NCBI GenBank assembly: GCA_963663405.2
Contig: CAXXSM010000100.1
Location: 6,351-70,350 of the forward strand
Source of the DNA: a bacterium
GTDB taxonomy: Bacteria > Hinthialibacterota > Hinthialibacteria > Hinthialibacterales > Hinthialibacteraceae
Direction of reading: 5' to 3'
Length of the DNA: 64,000 nt
The notes under the pieces are model-generated. The model did no database searches, was not told the origin of the DNA, and was given only the letters and a program-made list of their open reading frames with translations. The translations under genes were made by a program, and so were the position numbers. Positions within the stretch are counted from its first letter, which is position 1; the number at the start of each line of letters is the position of its first letter. Of the stretch, positions 17,399-27,268 are shown in pieces.

Positions 17399-19076
17399 AC
17401 AGACTATCGGCCAATTGGTTATTGACTTACAGGCGCAGACGTCCAAATTTCATAGCGATATGAATAAGACGTCACGTATGTGGAATAACAAATTGGATTC
17501 CATGCAGCGGACAGCCAAAAATTTTGGCACTGCCATCAAGGCGTATTTCTCATTTCAGGCGCTAAAAGGTCTATCCAATTTTGTGCAGGATAACATCGCC
17601 TGGGCGTCCTCCATGGCCAAGGTAGCCGATACCGTTGGTCTCTCGCTGGATAAATTCCAAGGCCTCTCGATGATCGTAAAGGAGCTATCCATCGAGCAAA
17701 GCACCTTCGAGCGCGCCATACAGCGAATGACGCGCCGGATCGGCGAAGCAGCCGAGGGAACCGGGACGGCAAAAGACGCATACTCCAAGTTAGGCATCCA
17801 GATTACAGATAGCGCGGGCAAGGTCCGGGATACGTTTTCCATTTTTCTCGACGTGGCGCGCCATTACAAAAAATTAAAAACAGAGGCGGATGAACTAAAC
17901 GTATCCAATCAACTATTTGGCCGTGGGTTTGAGGAGATAAATCTGCTGCTCAGGCAGGGCGCGCCTGCCATCGAAACGCAGATCAAAAAATTCGCGCGCA
18001 TGGGATTGATAATCAAAGATCCGCTCATACGCCAAGCGGAATTAGCGGACGATTCGCTCACAGAAATGAAAGACAGTGTTAGCGCGCTCGGCAAAGAATT
18101 CTCGCTTGTATTGGCTCCGGCGATTAAGACAGCGGCGGACGCCATGAGAACCAATGTAGGCGCAATGCGGCTGCTGTTCTCAAAGGCAACCTGGAATGAC
18201 TGGCTCACGGGCAATCCGCTAAAAACGGCGATCATGTACAACGTTATGTCACCGGCTGAAATGTGGGAAAAATATTACTATGGCGGCAAAGGGAAAAAAC
18301 TACTCGCCTACTCCGGGCTTCGGCTCGTCTAAAGGCGATGACGATTACATGGACGTATTTCCACCGGCGCAGGTAACGAAAACACGCGCCGATTGGATGA
18401 ATGACACTGTTCGCCGGATGAAAGACAATATGGAGTCTCTCACCAATGAAATGCAAATGCAGGTTGACGTCATTCGGGATGAGATGCGCTCGGAGCGGGA
18501 CATATACAATCAGCGATTAGAATTACTCAATCAGGCGCGCTCTATTAACATACTCAACGCCGATGAATTTAATACTATGTCCGAGCATGTAAATAACGTA
18601 TTCAACGGCATGGTAGAGGCCAGCCAGCGTTCTGCTAGATTAATAGAGAGCGGTATATCCGGCGCATTGGAATCAATTGCCAATAACGATCTTAATAATT
18701 TCGTAAATAGTTGGATACGCTCATTTGACAAAATCTTTTTTGATTTGGCCGGGCGGAATATTATCAATTTATTAGAACCAACTATGTTAGGCGCAGGGCG
18801 GGTTCCTAAACTTCGCATTCGGCGGCGTGAGAGCCGCAGGCGGGCCGGTTATGGGCGGCGCGTCCTATCTAGTCGGTGAGCGCGGGGCCGGAGTTGTTCA
18901 CACCGAATATCAGCGGACGGATAACACCGCATGAGCAGATAAAAGGCGCGGGCGATATCAACATTGACACCGGCGGCGCTCCACTATTCACCGTTACAAG
19001 CGGCCATGTAGGGCCACAGAGCGCGGCGCAGTTTAGGACAGGACTTCCTCGAATTCATCGAAGACGCGAGGCGTAA
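17391..19076 (+). pseudogene. Phage tail tape-measure-like protein, split over several frames
   Basis: TP901-type core (..KLGIQITDSAGKVRD..LFGRGFEE..). The C-terminal signature GGPVMGGASYLVGERG / PELFTPNISGRITP can be read only by switching frames around 18800-18890. Covers ORFs 17391..18332, 18280..18879 and 18876..19076. Confidence 0.7.
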
Positions 19077-19080
19077 ACGC

Positions 19081-20309
19081 ATGACTATTATACAACGCAT
19101 AAGACAATACATATGGCCGGAGCGGCGCAGCGAATATGAGAGCGCATGGTACAGCGGCGATCCATTGCCGGAGCGGTTCGGCGCGGCTGGAATTCGTGTC
19201 AACGCTGACAACGCCGTCCAACTAACGGCGGTTTTTCGCGTGTGTGAAAAATATTGAGTGAGACGGTCGCGTCACTTGCCATTGATCCTATACAAGCGCC
19301 TACCGGACGGCGGCAAAGCGCGCGCGGTGGAACATCCGCTATACAAACACGCTCCATGATAGTCCAAATCGTTGGCAGGACGTCGTTAGAATTCCGCAAG
19401 TTACTGCAGAGTCACTTATGTTTGCGCGGGAATGGCTACGCCGAGAAAATACGGCCAGGCGGACGGCTGGAATTGATACCGATCCATCCGGATACCTGCA
19501 CTCCTAAAATGAGTGACAGCGGCGTCATAACGTATGAGGTACAGACGCAGGAACAGCGGCGGACGTTACCGCAGAATAAAATACTGCACTTGCGCGGCAT
19601 TGGCAGTAACGGCCTTGTAGGTTTATCACCAATCGAGATATGCAGGGACGCAATCGGCGCTGGTATGGCAGTACAGCAGTATGGCAGCCGGTTTTTCATG
19701 AACAACGCTAGGCCATCGGGAATTATCGAGTATCCGGGCGTCATGCAGGATAAAGAGGAAATTGCAGCGTTTAAAAAGTCGTGGCAAGAGGCGCAGACGG
19801 GCGCGAATCAACATAAGACGGCCGTCCTTGAGCGCGGCATGACTTACAAGCCGATAGGTATATCCAATGAGGATAGCCAATTCCTTGAGACGCGGAAATT
19901 CAGCGTTGAGGAGATAGCGCGGATATACCGCATACCAATGCATCTTTTACAGTCATTGGACAAGTCGAGTTTTAATAATATCAGTCATCAGTCGATGGAA
20001 TTTCTAACATATACAATGATTCCTTGGTTCCGGCGGTGGGAATCAGTGTTAGCGCGCGATTTACTAACAGCCGAGGAGCGCACAGAGTATTTTTTTGAAT
20101 TCCTTGTCGATGGTTTCCTGCGCGGGGATATCCAGACACGCTATAACGCATACACCAAGGGCCGTCAATGGGGCTGGCTCTCACCTAACGACGTTCGCCG
20201 AATGGAAAACATGAATCCGATCGACGGCGGTGACGAGTATCTTACACCGCTCAATATGCAGGCAATAGGACAGCAAGATAACGGCGCTGACAATGCCGAT
20301 AAAAACTAA
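19081..20309 (+). pseudogene. HK97-family phage portal protein, N-terminal region frameshifted
   Basis: ORF 19254..20309 has portal motifs (..LRGNGYAEKI.., ..FMNNARPSGII.., ..EEIARIYRIP..). The N-terminus (MTIIQRIRQY..AVFRVCEKY) and ..LILYKRLPDGGKARAVEHPLYK.. are in other frames. Confidence 0.8.
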
Positions 20310-20331
20310 CATTTTACCGAGGTAAAAAAAA

Positions 20332-21667
20332 ATGAATGAATTACAGAAATTGCAAGCAAGACAGCGTGAAATTGCGCAGCGTATCATTGACATTAATGAG
20401 GCGGCTGTTTTGGAATCACGGGATTTATCCGAGGATGAAAAAAAGGAATGGCGGGATCTCCGGGCCGAGGAAAAAAAAGAACGCTGAGCGTATCAAGAAA
20501 CTCGAAACCGAGCAGCCAGCCGATGAGCGCAGCGTAGGTATCGAGGCGCTGAGCGCGCAGACGAATGGTGAGAGCCGCCAACGGGCGGCTAACCTGGATC
20601 GCCGGAGTTATCGCGGGATGTTTTGCCGAAATGGTGAACAACTCTCCAACGATGGCTTTTCCTCATTCGAAGAATGGATGGCATGTGTCCACAGTGGCCG
20701 TCCAGACGAGCGTCTGCAGTATCGATCGATGGGCAGCGATATTCCATCTGCAGGCGGTTTTCTCGTACCGGATCAATTCGTAGCCGAAATGTTGGATACC
20801 GGCATTGAGAATGAAATTGTCCGTCCTCGCTGCACTATCTGGCCGATGGTAAGTGACACCGCGCGCGCGCCGGGCTGGGATGGCGCGGATCACTCCAGTT
20901 CGTTATATGGCGGGTTTGCCGGGACGTGGCTCGGCGAGGGCGAGACGGCCACCGAGGTTGACGCGCAGTTTCGTTCCATTGCGCTTACGGCGCACAAATT
21001 GGCAGTCTTTACATCCGCGTCAAGCGAGTTGGTACAAGACAGTTTTCTCTCGTTTGATAGCATCATGAATGACGGTCTGCGCAATGCGCTGTCATGGTTC
21101 CTCGATTATGCGGCCATCAATGGGACCGGCGCGGGCCAGCCGCTCGGATTGGTCAATAACAATTCTGTTGTGTCAGTGGCCAAAGAGTCAGGACAGGCCG
21201 CGTCAACTATCGTGTGGAACAACATCTGCAAGATGTATGCGCGTATGTGGCCAAGTGGCCATCAAAATGCCATCTGGATTGCCAACAATACTATCATTCC
21301 ACAATTGTTGGCGCTTACCATTCCGGTTGGTACCGGCGGAAGTGCAGTCGGTCCTAACATCGGCCATCCAGTAATGAAAGAGGATAGTGGTAGTTTTTCA
21401 CTACTCGGCAAGCCGATTTATTTCACAGAAAAAGCTCAATCTCTGGGCACAGCGGGCGATATTATGTATGTCGATCTCTCACAATACGTCATGGGATTGC
21501 GAAAAGAGATCATTATCGAAAAGTCCAACGCCGTCCATTGGACAAGTGACAAGCAAGCCTACCGCGCCATCATGAGGGCCGATGGTATGGGCAAGTGGAA
21601 TAGCGCCATCACACCGAAAAACGGCGATACGCTTAGTTGGTGCGTAACGCTGGCGGCAAGGTCGTAA
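20332..21667 (+). pseudogene. HK97-family major capsid protein, frameshift in an A8 run
   Basis: The ATG at 20332 gives a coiled-coil delta-domain start (MNELQKLQARQREIAQRIIDINE..RAEEKKER*). The A8 run at 20471-20478 separates it from the frame of ORF 20336..21667 (..AGGFLVPDQF.., ..SELVQDS..). Confidence 0.85.
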
Positions 21668-21673
21668 GCTAAC

Positions 21674-22099
21674 ATGAGGACTTACATTCCGCTCATAGCG
21701 TTGTTAGTCATTCTCGCGGGCGCGGCCTATGGCGCTCATTGGTCATGCACAACAACCGAGGATATATCCTGGTCCGTGCGAAAAATTACATGGTCCTGGA
21801 TATCCAACGCAACCGGCGAGGTGGACGCGCAGACAACCGCGTATTTCTCCGGCGCGCCACTCGGTTTCATTGCCGAGCCAGCGGGCGGGGTATCCGCGCC
21901 ATCGGCTGACTATGATATCTCGATCACCGATGAGAATGAATACGACTTACTGCAGTCGAGCGGGGTGGATATGTCAGCGGCGACTAGCGTCTATATTTTC
22001 GATGCGACGTTGACGCCGATATCGAACGATAGGCTTACATTGCATATCAGAGCTGCCGGGAATGCGAACAGCGGCACGGTGGTTTTGTATCTGCGATAG
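21674..22099 (+). CDS. Hypothetical protein with signal peptide, downstream of the capsid gene
   Basis: MRTYIPLIALLVILAGAAYGA.. hydrophobic leader. No family recognised. Confidence 0.5.
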   Translation: MRTYIPLIALLVILAGAAYGAHWSCTTTEDISWSVRKITWSWISNATGEVDAQTTAYFSGAPLGFIAEPAGGVSAPSADYDISITDENEYDLLQSSGVDMSAATSVYIFDATLTPISNDRLTLHIRAAGNANSGTVVLYLR

Positions 22100-22180
22100 G
22101 GTTTCATCCAACCTGCTCGGCTTGTCCATTCCGTGCGGGTAGGTTTTGGTCTCGCCGTTCTCAGGCGGGCTTCGTCGAAC

Positions 22181-22219
22181 AGCCGGGCGCACTACATATG
22201 ATGTAGCCGCGTCCGGCTC
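22181..22219 (+). terminator. Hairpin after the structural operon
   Basis: AGCCGGGCGCACTACAT-ATG-ATGTAGCCGCGTCCGGCT forms an imperfect long stem followed by CTCCTTTT. Confidence 0.4.
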
Positions 22220-22317
22220 TCCTTTTAAAAATGCGCTCTAACGGGCGCTCTCTCTCGCTCGTGGTTTCTATCGGAAAATTCGAGAAGTCCTCACCTGCGC
22301 AGCGAGGCTTGGCCGTT

Positions 22318-23490
22318 CTAGCCGTTTTCCGCTTTCGCCTGTACGTCCGCAAACGATATGATTTTCGATCCATGTTTCCCCAACGCCTCACGCAGCGGGT
22401 CCTGTGCTAGATGCGCGTAGACTTCGGTTGTGCTGAGCGTGGATTGATTCAACGCCTTGCCAACGAGTATCAGCGACTCCCCGGAGGACGCCAGCCAGGA
22501 GCCTACCGTCCTGCGCAGATCATGGATTCGCAGCGTTGGCATTCCGGCGCGGTTGCGGATGCGATGCCATTGGCGCTTTGGAAATATCGCCCAGTGTTTC
22601 GATGGATCGGGGCCGGGGAATATCCATTTACAATTATCGATTCGGGGAATCATTTCGAACATGCCGAGAGCGGCAGTGCTGAGCGGCAAATAAAACGGGC
22701 GGCCTGCCTTTGTATCGTCCAACTTGAGAATCCTTTGCTCACGATCTAAGTCTTTCCATTCTCGCCGCATTAATTCACGATTCCGTAGGCCGGTTAAGAG
22801 GTACAGCCACAGTCCGGCGCGTACGACGGGATTCCACTCCTCATTAATCGCGGCGGCCAATTTAGGTAATTCGTCCGGCGTTACCCACACGTCCCGTTTT
22901 TCCTCTCGATTTTTCTTTATCCGTCTCGCCGGGCTGACGTTATCCTCTTTCAGGAAACCTTCGTTGATTGCGTATGAGTGTATGCGCGAGACGAGAGAGA
23001 CAATTCTATTGGCTTCGATGGGCGCGGTTTTCGATATACGATCATGTATTTTTTCTGATATCCGGGCGGGTGATCGAATCGGCTTTTTTCTTTCCAAGTT
23101 CGGGGCGCAGGTGTTTTTTCAATCCGGCGGCGGTCCTGAACGCCGGTTTTCAATTTCGATGCGTGGCGGGTTAAATAATCGTCAAGAATATCATTGAATG
23201 TTACCGATGGCTTGCCGCGCTTATCTGGATTGTTTACCGGCGGCAATGGTGAGATTCTTTATTCCAGCAATCTGACGCGCCTTCTCCGGCGTGATATTCG
23301 GATATTTTGCGATTGTGATCCATTTCAATTTTCCTTCCCACCGATAGCAGTAGACGAAAGACTTTTGACCGGATTTAAAAAACACGCAGACCGAAATGTG
23401 CGGTTTTCCGTATCCCAGATTATGCCAGGTGTTTTTACTGACTCGCAGAGGTGAGTTGTTATTTTTTTTTTCATAACAGTGGGCCTCCAA
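22318..23490 (-). pseudogene. P4-type tyrosine integrase (DUF4102-like N-terminus), three or more frameshifts at A runs
   Basis: N-terminus ..SFVYCYRWEGKLKWITIAKYPNITPEKARQ.. (23221..23490). Middle ..NPDKRGKPSVTFNDILDDYL.. (frame of 22950..23246). Catalytic part ..LRNRELMRREWKDLD.., ..RIHDLRRTVGSWL.., ..LSTTEVYAHL (22318..23097). Confidence 0.85.
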
Positions 23491-23640
23491 AAAAATAACA
23501 GTGGTTCTAACAGTGGGCCGTTTGAGCTAACACCAAGCTAACACATATGTCTATTTCTGTCCATATCGGAAAATGTAAAAGTAAAAATTTCCTAGGAAAA
23601 ACGGGGATTTGTATATGTCTGTCCATGTAGGGGCGATTGC

Positions 23641-23706
23641 CTTCTAAGCAGTGGGCCGCAGGTTCGAGTCCTGCCGGGCGTATACTGAAAATTCTAGACT
23701 TACGAA
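23641..23706 (+). repeat. tRNA-Arg(UCU) 3' fragment = att core, right copy
   Basis: 48 nt identical to 8755-8802. The 5 nt upstream (ATTGC) would complete the anticodon stem with GCAGT, but no acceptor 5' strand (ACGCCCG) or canonical D-arm is present. Confidence 0.85.
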
Positions 23707-23768
23707 CATAGATTTGGGTAGCGGTAATCTCCAAAGTAGCGTCACGGTAGCGTTTGAAATCAAAAAAA

Positions 23769-23792
23769 AGGGCCTAATTTGCCCTCTTTTTT
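23769..23792. terminator. Bidirectional terminator-like hairpin
   Basis: An A8 run, then AGGGC-CTAATTT-GCCCT, then a T-rich run. It lies between the att repeat and the convergent DGR target gene. Confidence 0.5.
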
Positions 23793-23970
23793 ACTCTTAG
23801 ATCTTTTCCCAGTTTGAATATAATAAATCAATTCATCTCGGCAGGATCAGAAATTACCATTCAAACAAAATTCAAAAATCCCCGCCAGCTGCGCTAGCGC
23901 AGCAAAAAGACAAAAGCAAAGAGTATAAAGTGTCAAAGTGCAAAGGGTAAAAGCGATACAGCAAAAAGCG

Positions 23971-24791
23971 CTAATAAGTCCGGGAATACACAACTCGCAA
24001 ACCTATGACGTCGTCCCTGAGATCTGGGGCCCTGTCGAACCGGTACGCCGATCGGCAGTTCTCTGGATTGTAGAACCAGGAACCGCCCCGAAACACACGA
24101 GCTGCCCCACGGGGTGAATCAATCCAAGCGGAACCATCTTGAGGCGCCTCTTTGTAATTCTCATGCCAATCATCTTCACACCATTCCCGCACATTTCCGC
24201 TCATATCACAAAGCCCCCATAGATTTGGGGATTTTTCTACCTACTTGCTTCGTTTCCTCTTATCACATTATTGTCCGGATACCACGCATAATTCCATATT
24301 TCTCGATAATCATCATCCTCTCCCCAATAAAAGCGTGTCTTCGTTCCCGCCCGGCATGCGTATTCCCATTCCGCTTCGCTTGGAAGGCGAAATGTTCCTT
24401 GACCGAGTTGATTCAATTCAGTAATGAATCTTTGACAATCATCCCAGGAGACAGATTCAACTGGATGATCGGGTTTCCCTTTAAATTCAGAAGGATTCTC
24501 ACCCATCACAGCTTTCCATTGCGCCTGGGTGACGGGATATTTACCAAGATAACAATCATAATCTATTTTGACTATATGCTGTGGACTTTCATCATCATAT
24601 CGACCTTTCTCATTCTTTGGACTTCCCATCTTGAATCTACCCTTGGGTATATGAACAAATTCGATAGGAATCGATTCATTTGGCAAATTCGGTAATTGAA
24701 TGATGATGGTGTCCACGTTCATGTATTTCGAATGCGTCTCGTTTCTTAATTTGGATTTGAGGAACTTTCGTTTGCTCATTCCACGGTTCAA
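23971..24791 (-). CDS. FGE-sulfatase (SUMF1-like) domain portion of target 1 (two fragments), carries VR1
   Basis: ..FVHIPKGRFKMGSP..ESPQH..VTQAQW..VSWDDCQRF..FRLPSEAEWEYACRAG.. and ..MSGNVREWCEDDW..RGGSW..CRSA..R. Confidence 0.85.
23981..24110 (-). repeat. DGR variable repeat VR1
   Basis: Gap-free 130-nt match to the TR. All 20 mismatches (hand count) are at TR adenines (plus-strand T). Confidence 0.9.
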
Positions 24792-25489
24792 TCAAGAGTG
24801 TTTCTTCCAGCCATCTTCGTTTCTCATCTGCAACTGAACATTCCGTAAGCAGACAATCCATTAACAATTCCGATGATTGCATGTATTGGATAATATTCGA
24901 CAAATCTTCTGGAACTTGCAATGGATTCGAGAAATCAATATCAACGTGTGGATCAAACGATCGTTTTTCATTTTTTCTAAATAGGCTCTGGACAAATTCA
25001 CGTATTTCATCACTTCCCGAAGTTGCGAATAAAGCAAGCATTTTATTGACGGAATGAGGATTTGAATTGCTGGAACAAATACAACCTTCAAGATTCTGAA
25101 GAAGCCCAATCACTTCATCATTGGCAAGTTTTGAAATTCCCCGGCGCATAGAAATCAAAAATGAGTATGGATCGCTTAGTTTCTTCCGTTATCAATAAAA
25201 AAAACTTCACGCCATCGCTGTTCCCGCATATGCCGTTCAATAATGGAATCAAGATTCTGGGGATGTTCAACAATCCACAACGCGGTTAAATACTCATGGA
25301 AAGTGAGATGAGAGAAGGAATAGATATGCCTAGCGCGTTCAACCAACAAACCATGATGGCTTTCAATGGAACAAAGCAAAGTTCGACTATCAGTCAGTGC
25401 AATTCCTTTTTCAAATTGAAAAGTTTGTTGAAGGTAATGGGAAATATTATTTTCCAGAGATCTCCGTTTCATAAAAATAGTGTTCTTCA

Positions 25490-27049
25490 TTAAAAACTTT
25501 GATACGCCAATTCTGTCAATAATGAAATTTTAATCTCTTCTGTGAACGACTCTACAACATCAGGCCGTACGATCCCTCTTGTTAAATCCCATTCACGTAT
25601 TAACAAATCGAATGTTTCTCGATATAAATCAGCGCGGCTGGATGGAAACCGTTCTTTTTCAGAATTAGAAAAGACCCAACATAATAATGTTAGAAGCAAT
25701 GGATTTGTAGCTAACTCTAGAAGAGATCGATTCCTATTAATTTCATCATAACACTTTTGTGCTTTTTGGGGATTCTTTTTAAACCAGTTTTGTATAAATG
25801 TTCTGATCTGATCTTCATTAAAGTCCGCCACTTCAACTAAAGTAAATTTTTCAAAGGTTCTGTTATAAGCGGCAAGACGACAGCTAATGATAAAACGGTT
25901 TTTGTTATATCGTTTTGTAAACAAACGAATGGTCTGCACGGCTTCAGCTATTGTACTAAATGAAACCTCATCCAAACCATCCATAATAACTACACAATTC
26001 CCTTTTCTTAGATGCTGGCTGGTAAACTGCATTGCATCTTTAACATCTGCATCTTCAAATTGTTTGGAAATAAATTCAAGTATTGTGTTTTTGCTATCAG
26101 ACCATTCTTTTAAACTTATGAATATGGGTATCTTTTGTTTGTGAAGTTTTCCTTTAAGTATCTCAATGGTTATATATTTAAAAAAAGTAGTTTTCCCCGC
26201 TCCCGGTTTTCCTAATACCATCAAATGGTCATCGTTATCTTTTAATATTTCTATCCCTTCTACGGATTTATTTGAAGACGGATATTGACGCTGCTCGTTT
26301 GATCGAAACTGTTTCTCTAGTTCACTTAACTCAACGGATTGCTCTTTTGTGATCTTCTCAAGAATATGAACTTTAACATATATCGAATCCAAGGATATAT
26401 CTTTATCCATTCCTAAAATCTGAATCGAACTATTGTTCTCATAAATCTTATTTTTATAGGTTTTTAAGTCATGCTCAAAAACTTGCGTTTCTAAAACTGG
26501 TTCGTGAGTAAAAAAAATCTTTGAATCGATATTCGATGTATATAGTTTTATCTCTCCAAGAGGTGGTATTTCTATTTGATGAGTCATAAAACGATATAAA
26601 GTAATGTACTCTCTTTGAATAGATACATTAAAATATCCATAAATCTGCATGAATTCTGGAATATATAAATCCCATTCCGCATGAAAGACAATCGGAATGT
26701 ATTTTTCATTTAATGATTTCTGTTTATATAATTTATAATTAATATTTTGTAATTCTCTAAAACTTCCACGTTTATCAGATTTAGAATATTGTTCTGAACA
26801 TACTATTAATACAAAATCCGCTTTTTCGATTTGTTCAGACATCCAATCGAGCCATCCTTTAGGTGGGAACGGCTCATATTGGTCTATCCAACAATCTAAA
26901 CCATCATATCGAAGTTGATTCGCAAATGACAAAACAAGTTCACTATGCTCATTTGTTTCATGGCAATAGCTGATAAATACTCTTATTTTTTTGGGATAAT
27001 TTTCCATTTTTTTGTTCCAAGACATTTTCCTAGAAATTCTCTTATTCAA
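25490..27049 (-). CDS. TIR-superfamily (SEFIR-like) + NACHT P-loop NTPase fragment of target 1
   Basis: The N-terminus IRVFISYCHETNEHSELVLSFANQLRYDGLDCWIDQ..ADFVLIVCSEQY is TIR/SEFIR-like. Walker A is VLGKPGAGKTTF; Walker B is VVIMDGLDEV. Confidence 0.85.
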   Translation of the reverse strand: MNKRISRKMSWNKKMENYPKKIRVFISYCHETNEHSELVLSFANQLRYDGLDCWIDQYEPFPPKGWLDWMSEQIEKADFVLIVCSEQYSKSDKRGSFRELQNINYKLYKQKSLNEKYIPIVFHAEWDLYIPEFMQIYGYFNVSIQREYITLYRFMTHQIEIPPLGEIKLYTSNIDSKIFFTHEPVLETQVFEHDLKTYKNKIYENNSSIQILGMDKDISLDSIYVKVHILEKITKEQSVELSELEKQFRSNEQRQYPSSNKSVEGIEILKDNDDHLMVLGKPGAGKTTFFKYITIEILKGKLHKQKIPIFISLKEWSDSKNTILEFISKQFEDADVKDAMQFTSQHLRKGNCVVIMDGLDEVSFSTIAEAVQTIRLFTKRYNKNRFIISCRLAAYNRTFEKFTLVEVADFNEDQIRTFIQNWFKKNPQKAQKCYDEINRNRSLLELATNPLLLTLLCWVFSNSEKERFPSSRADLYRETFDLLIREWDLTRGIVRPDVVESFTEEIKISLLTELAYQSF

Positions 27050-27268
27050 GTTTCATCACAAAATAGAGGGCCGCCTAAGCAGGACGTTCGGCCAACACCT
27101 ACCAGCCCCGCCCAGGCCTTTCAATCTTTGTCCGGCAGCCTCGAACGGCCCTCATTGTTCGAACGGCTGCGCGATGCGGGAATATACCTATGGACTCCTC
27201 TTAGTACGCTCAAGGCATCCGTAAATGACTTGACTCTGACCGTGAGAATACCATTCTCACAAGGAGCG

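Larger units (their letters stand above)
8803..23640. mobile_element. Degraded prophage or phage-satellite-like element (about 14.8 kb) bounded by the two tRNA-Arg fragment repeats
   Basis: Contains a switch region, a replication initiator with iterons, a P27-type small terminase, tape-measure-like, portal and HK97-type capsid genes, and an integrase at the right end. AGCTAAC repeats occur on both inner arms. Many genes are frameshifted. Confidence 0.8.
23971..27049 (-). pseudogene. DGR target 1: TIR/SEFIR-NACHT-linker-FGE-sulfatase(C-type lectin fold) protein, broken into at least 5 ORFs
   Basis: ORFs 25490..27049, 25176..25490, 24676..25158, 24237..24791 and 23971..24204 are contiguous and each junction reads on in another frame (about 25490, 25176, 24780, 24230). 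Confidence 0.8.

Noticed and set aside
20465-20490. Programmed ribosomal frameshift at the A8 run in the capsid gene.
   Set aside because: The shift falls in the N-terminal delta domain, where no programmed shift is known for HK97-type capsids. The neighbouring genes carry similar homopolymer breaks, so a mutation or indel error is more parsimonious.
16675-21667. Search for a large terminase or prohead protease among overlapping ORFs in the structural region.
   Set aside because: All alternative-frame ORFs here (for example 17536..17781, 19436..19744, 20853..21068) are Arg/Pro/Ala-rich antisense or off-frame artefacts of GC-rich coding sequence. None shows Walker A/terminase or protease motifs.
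23590-23690. Possible intact tRNA-Arg gene at the right att copy.
   Set aside because: The anticodon stem can be completed (ATTGC/GCAGT). However, there is no 5' acceptor strand complementary to CGGGCGT, and the would-be D-arm (GTCC-ATGTAG-GGGC) has a 6-nt loop without the conserved GG. I treat it as a 3' fragment only.
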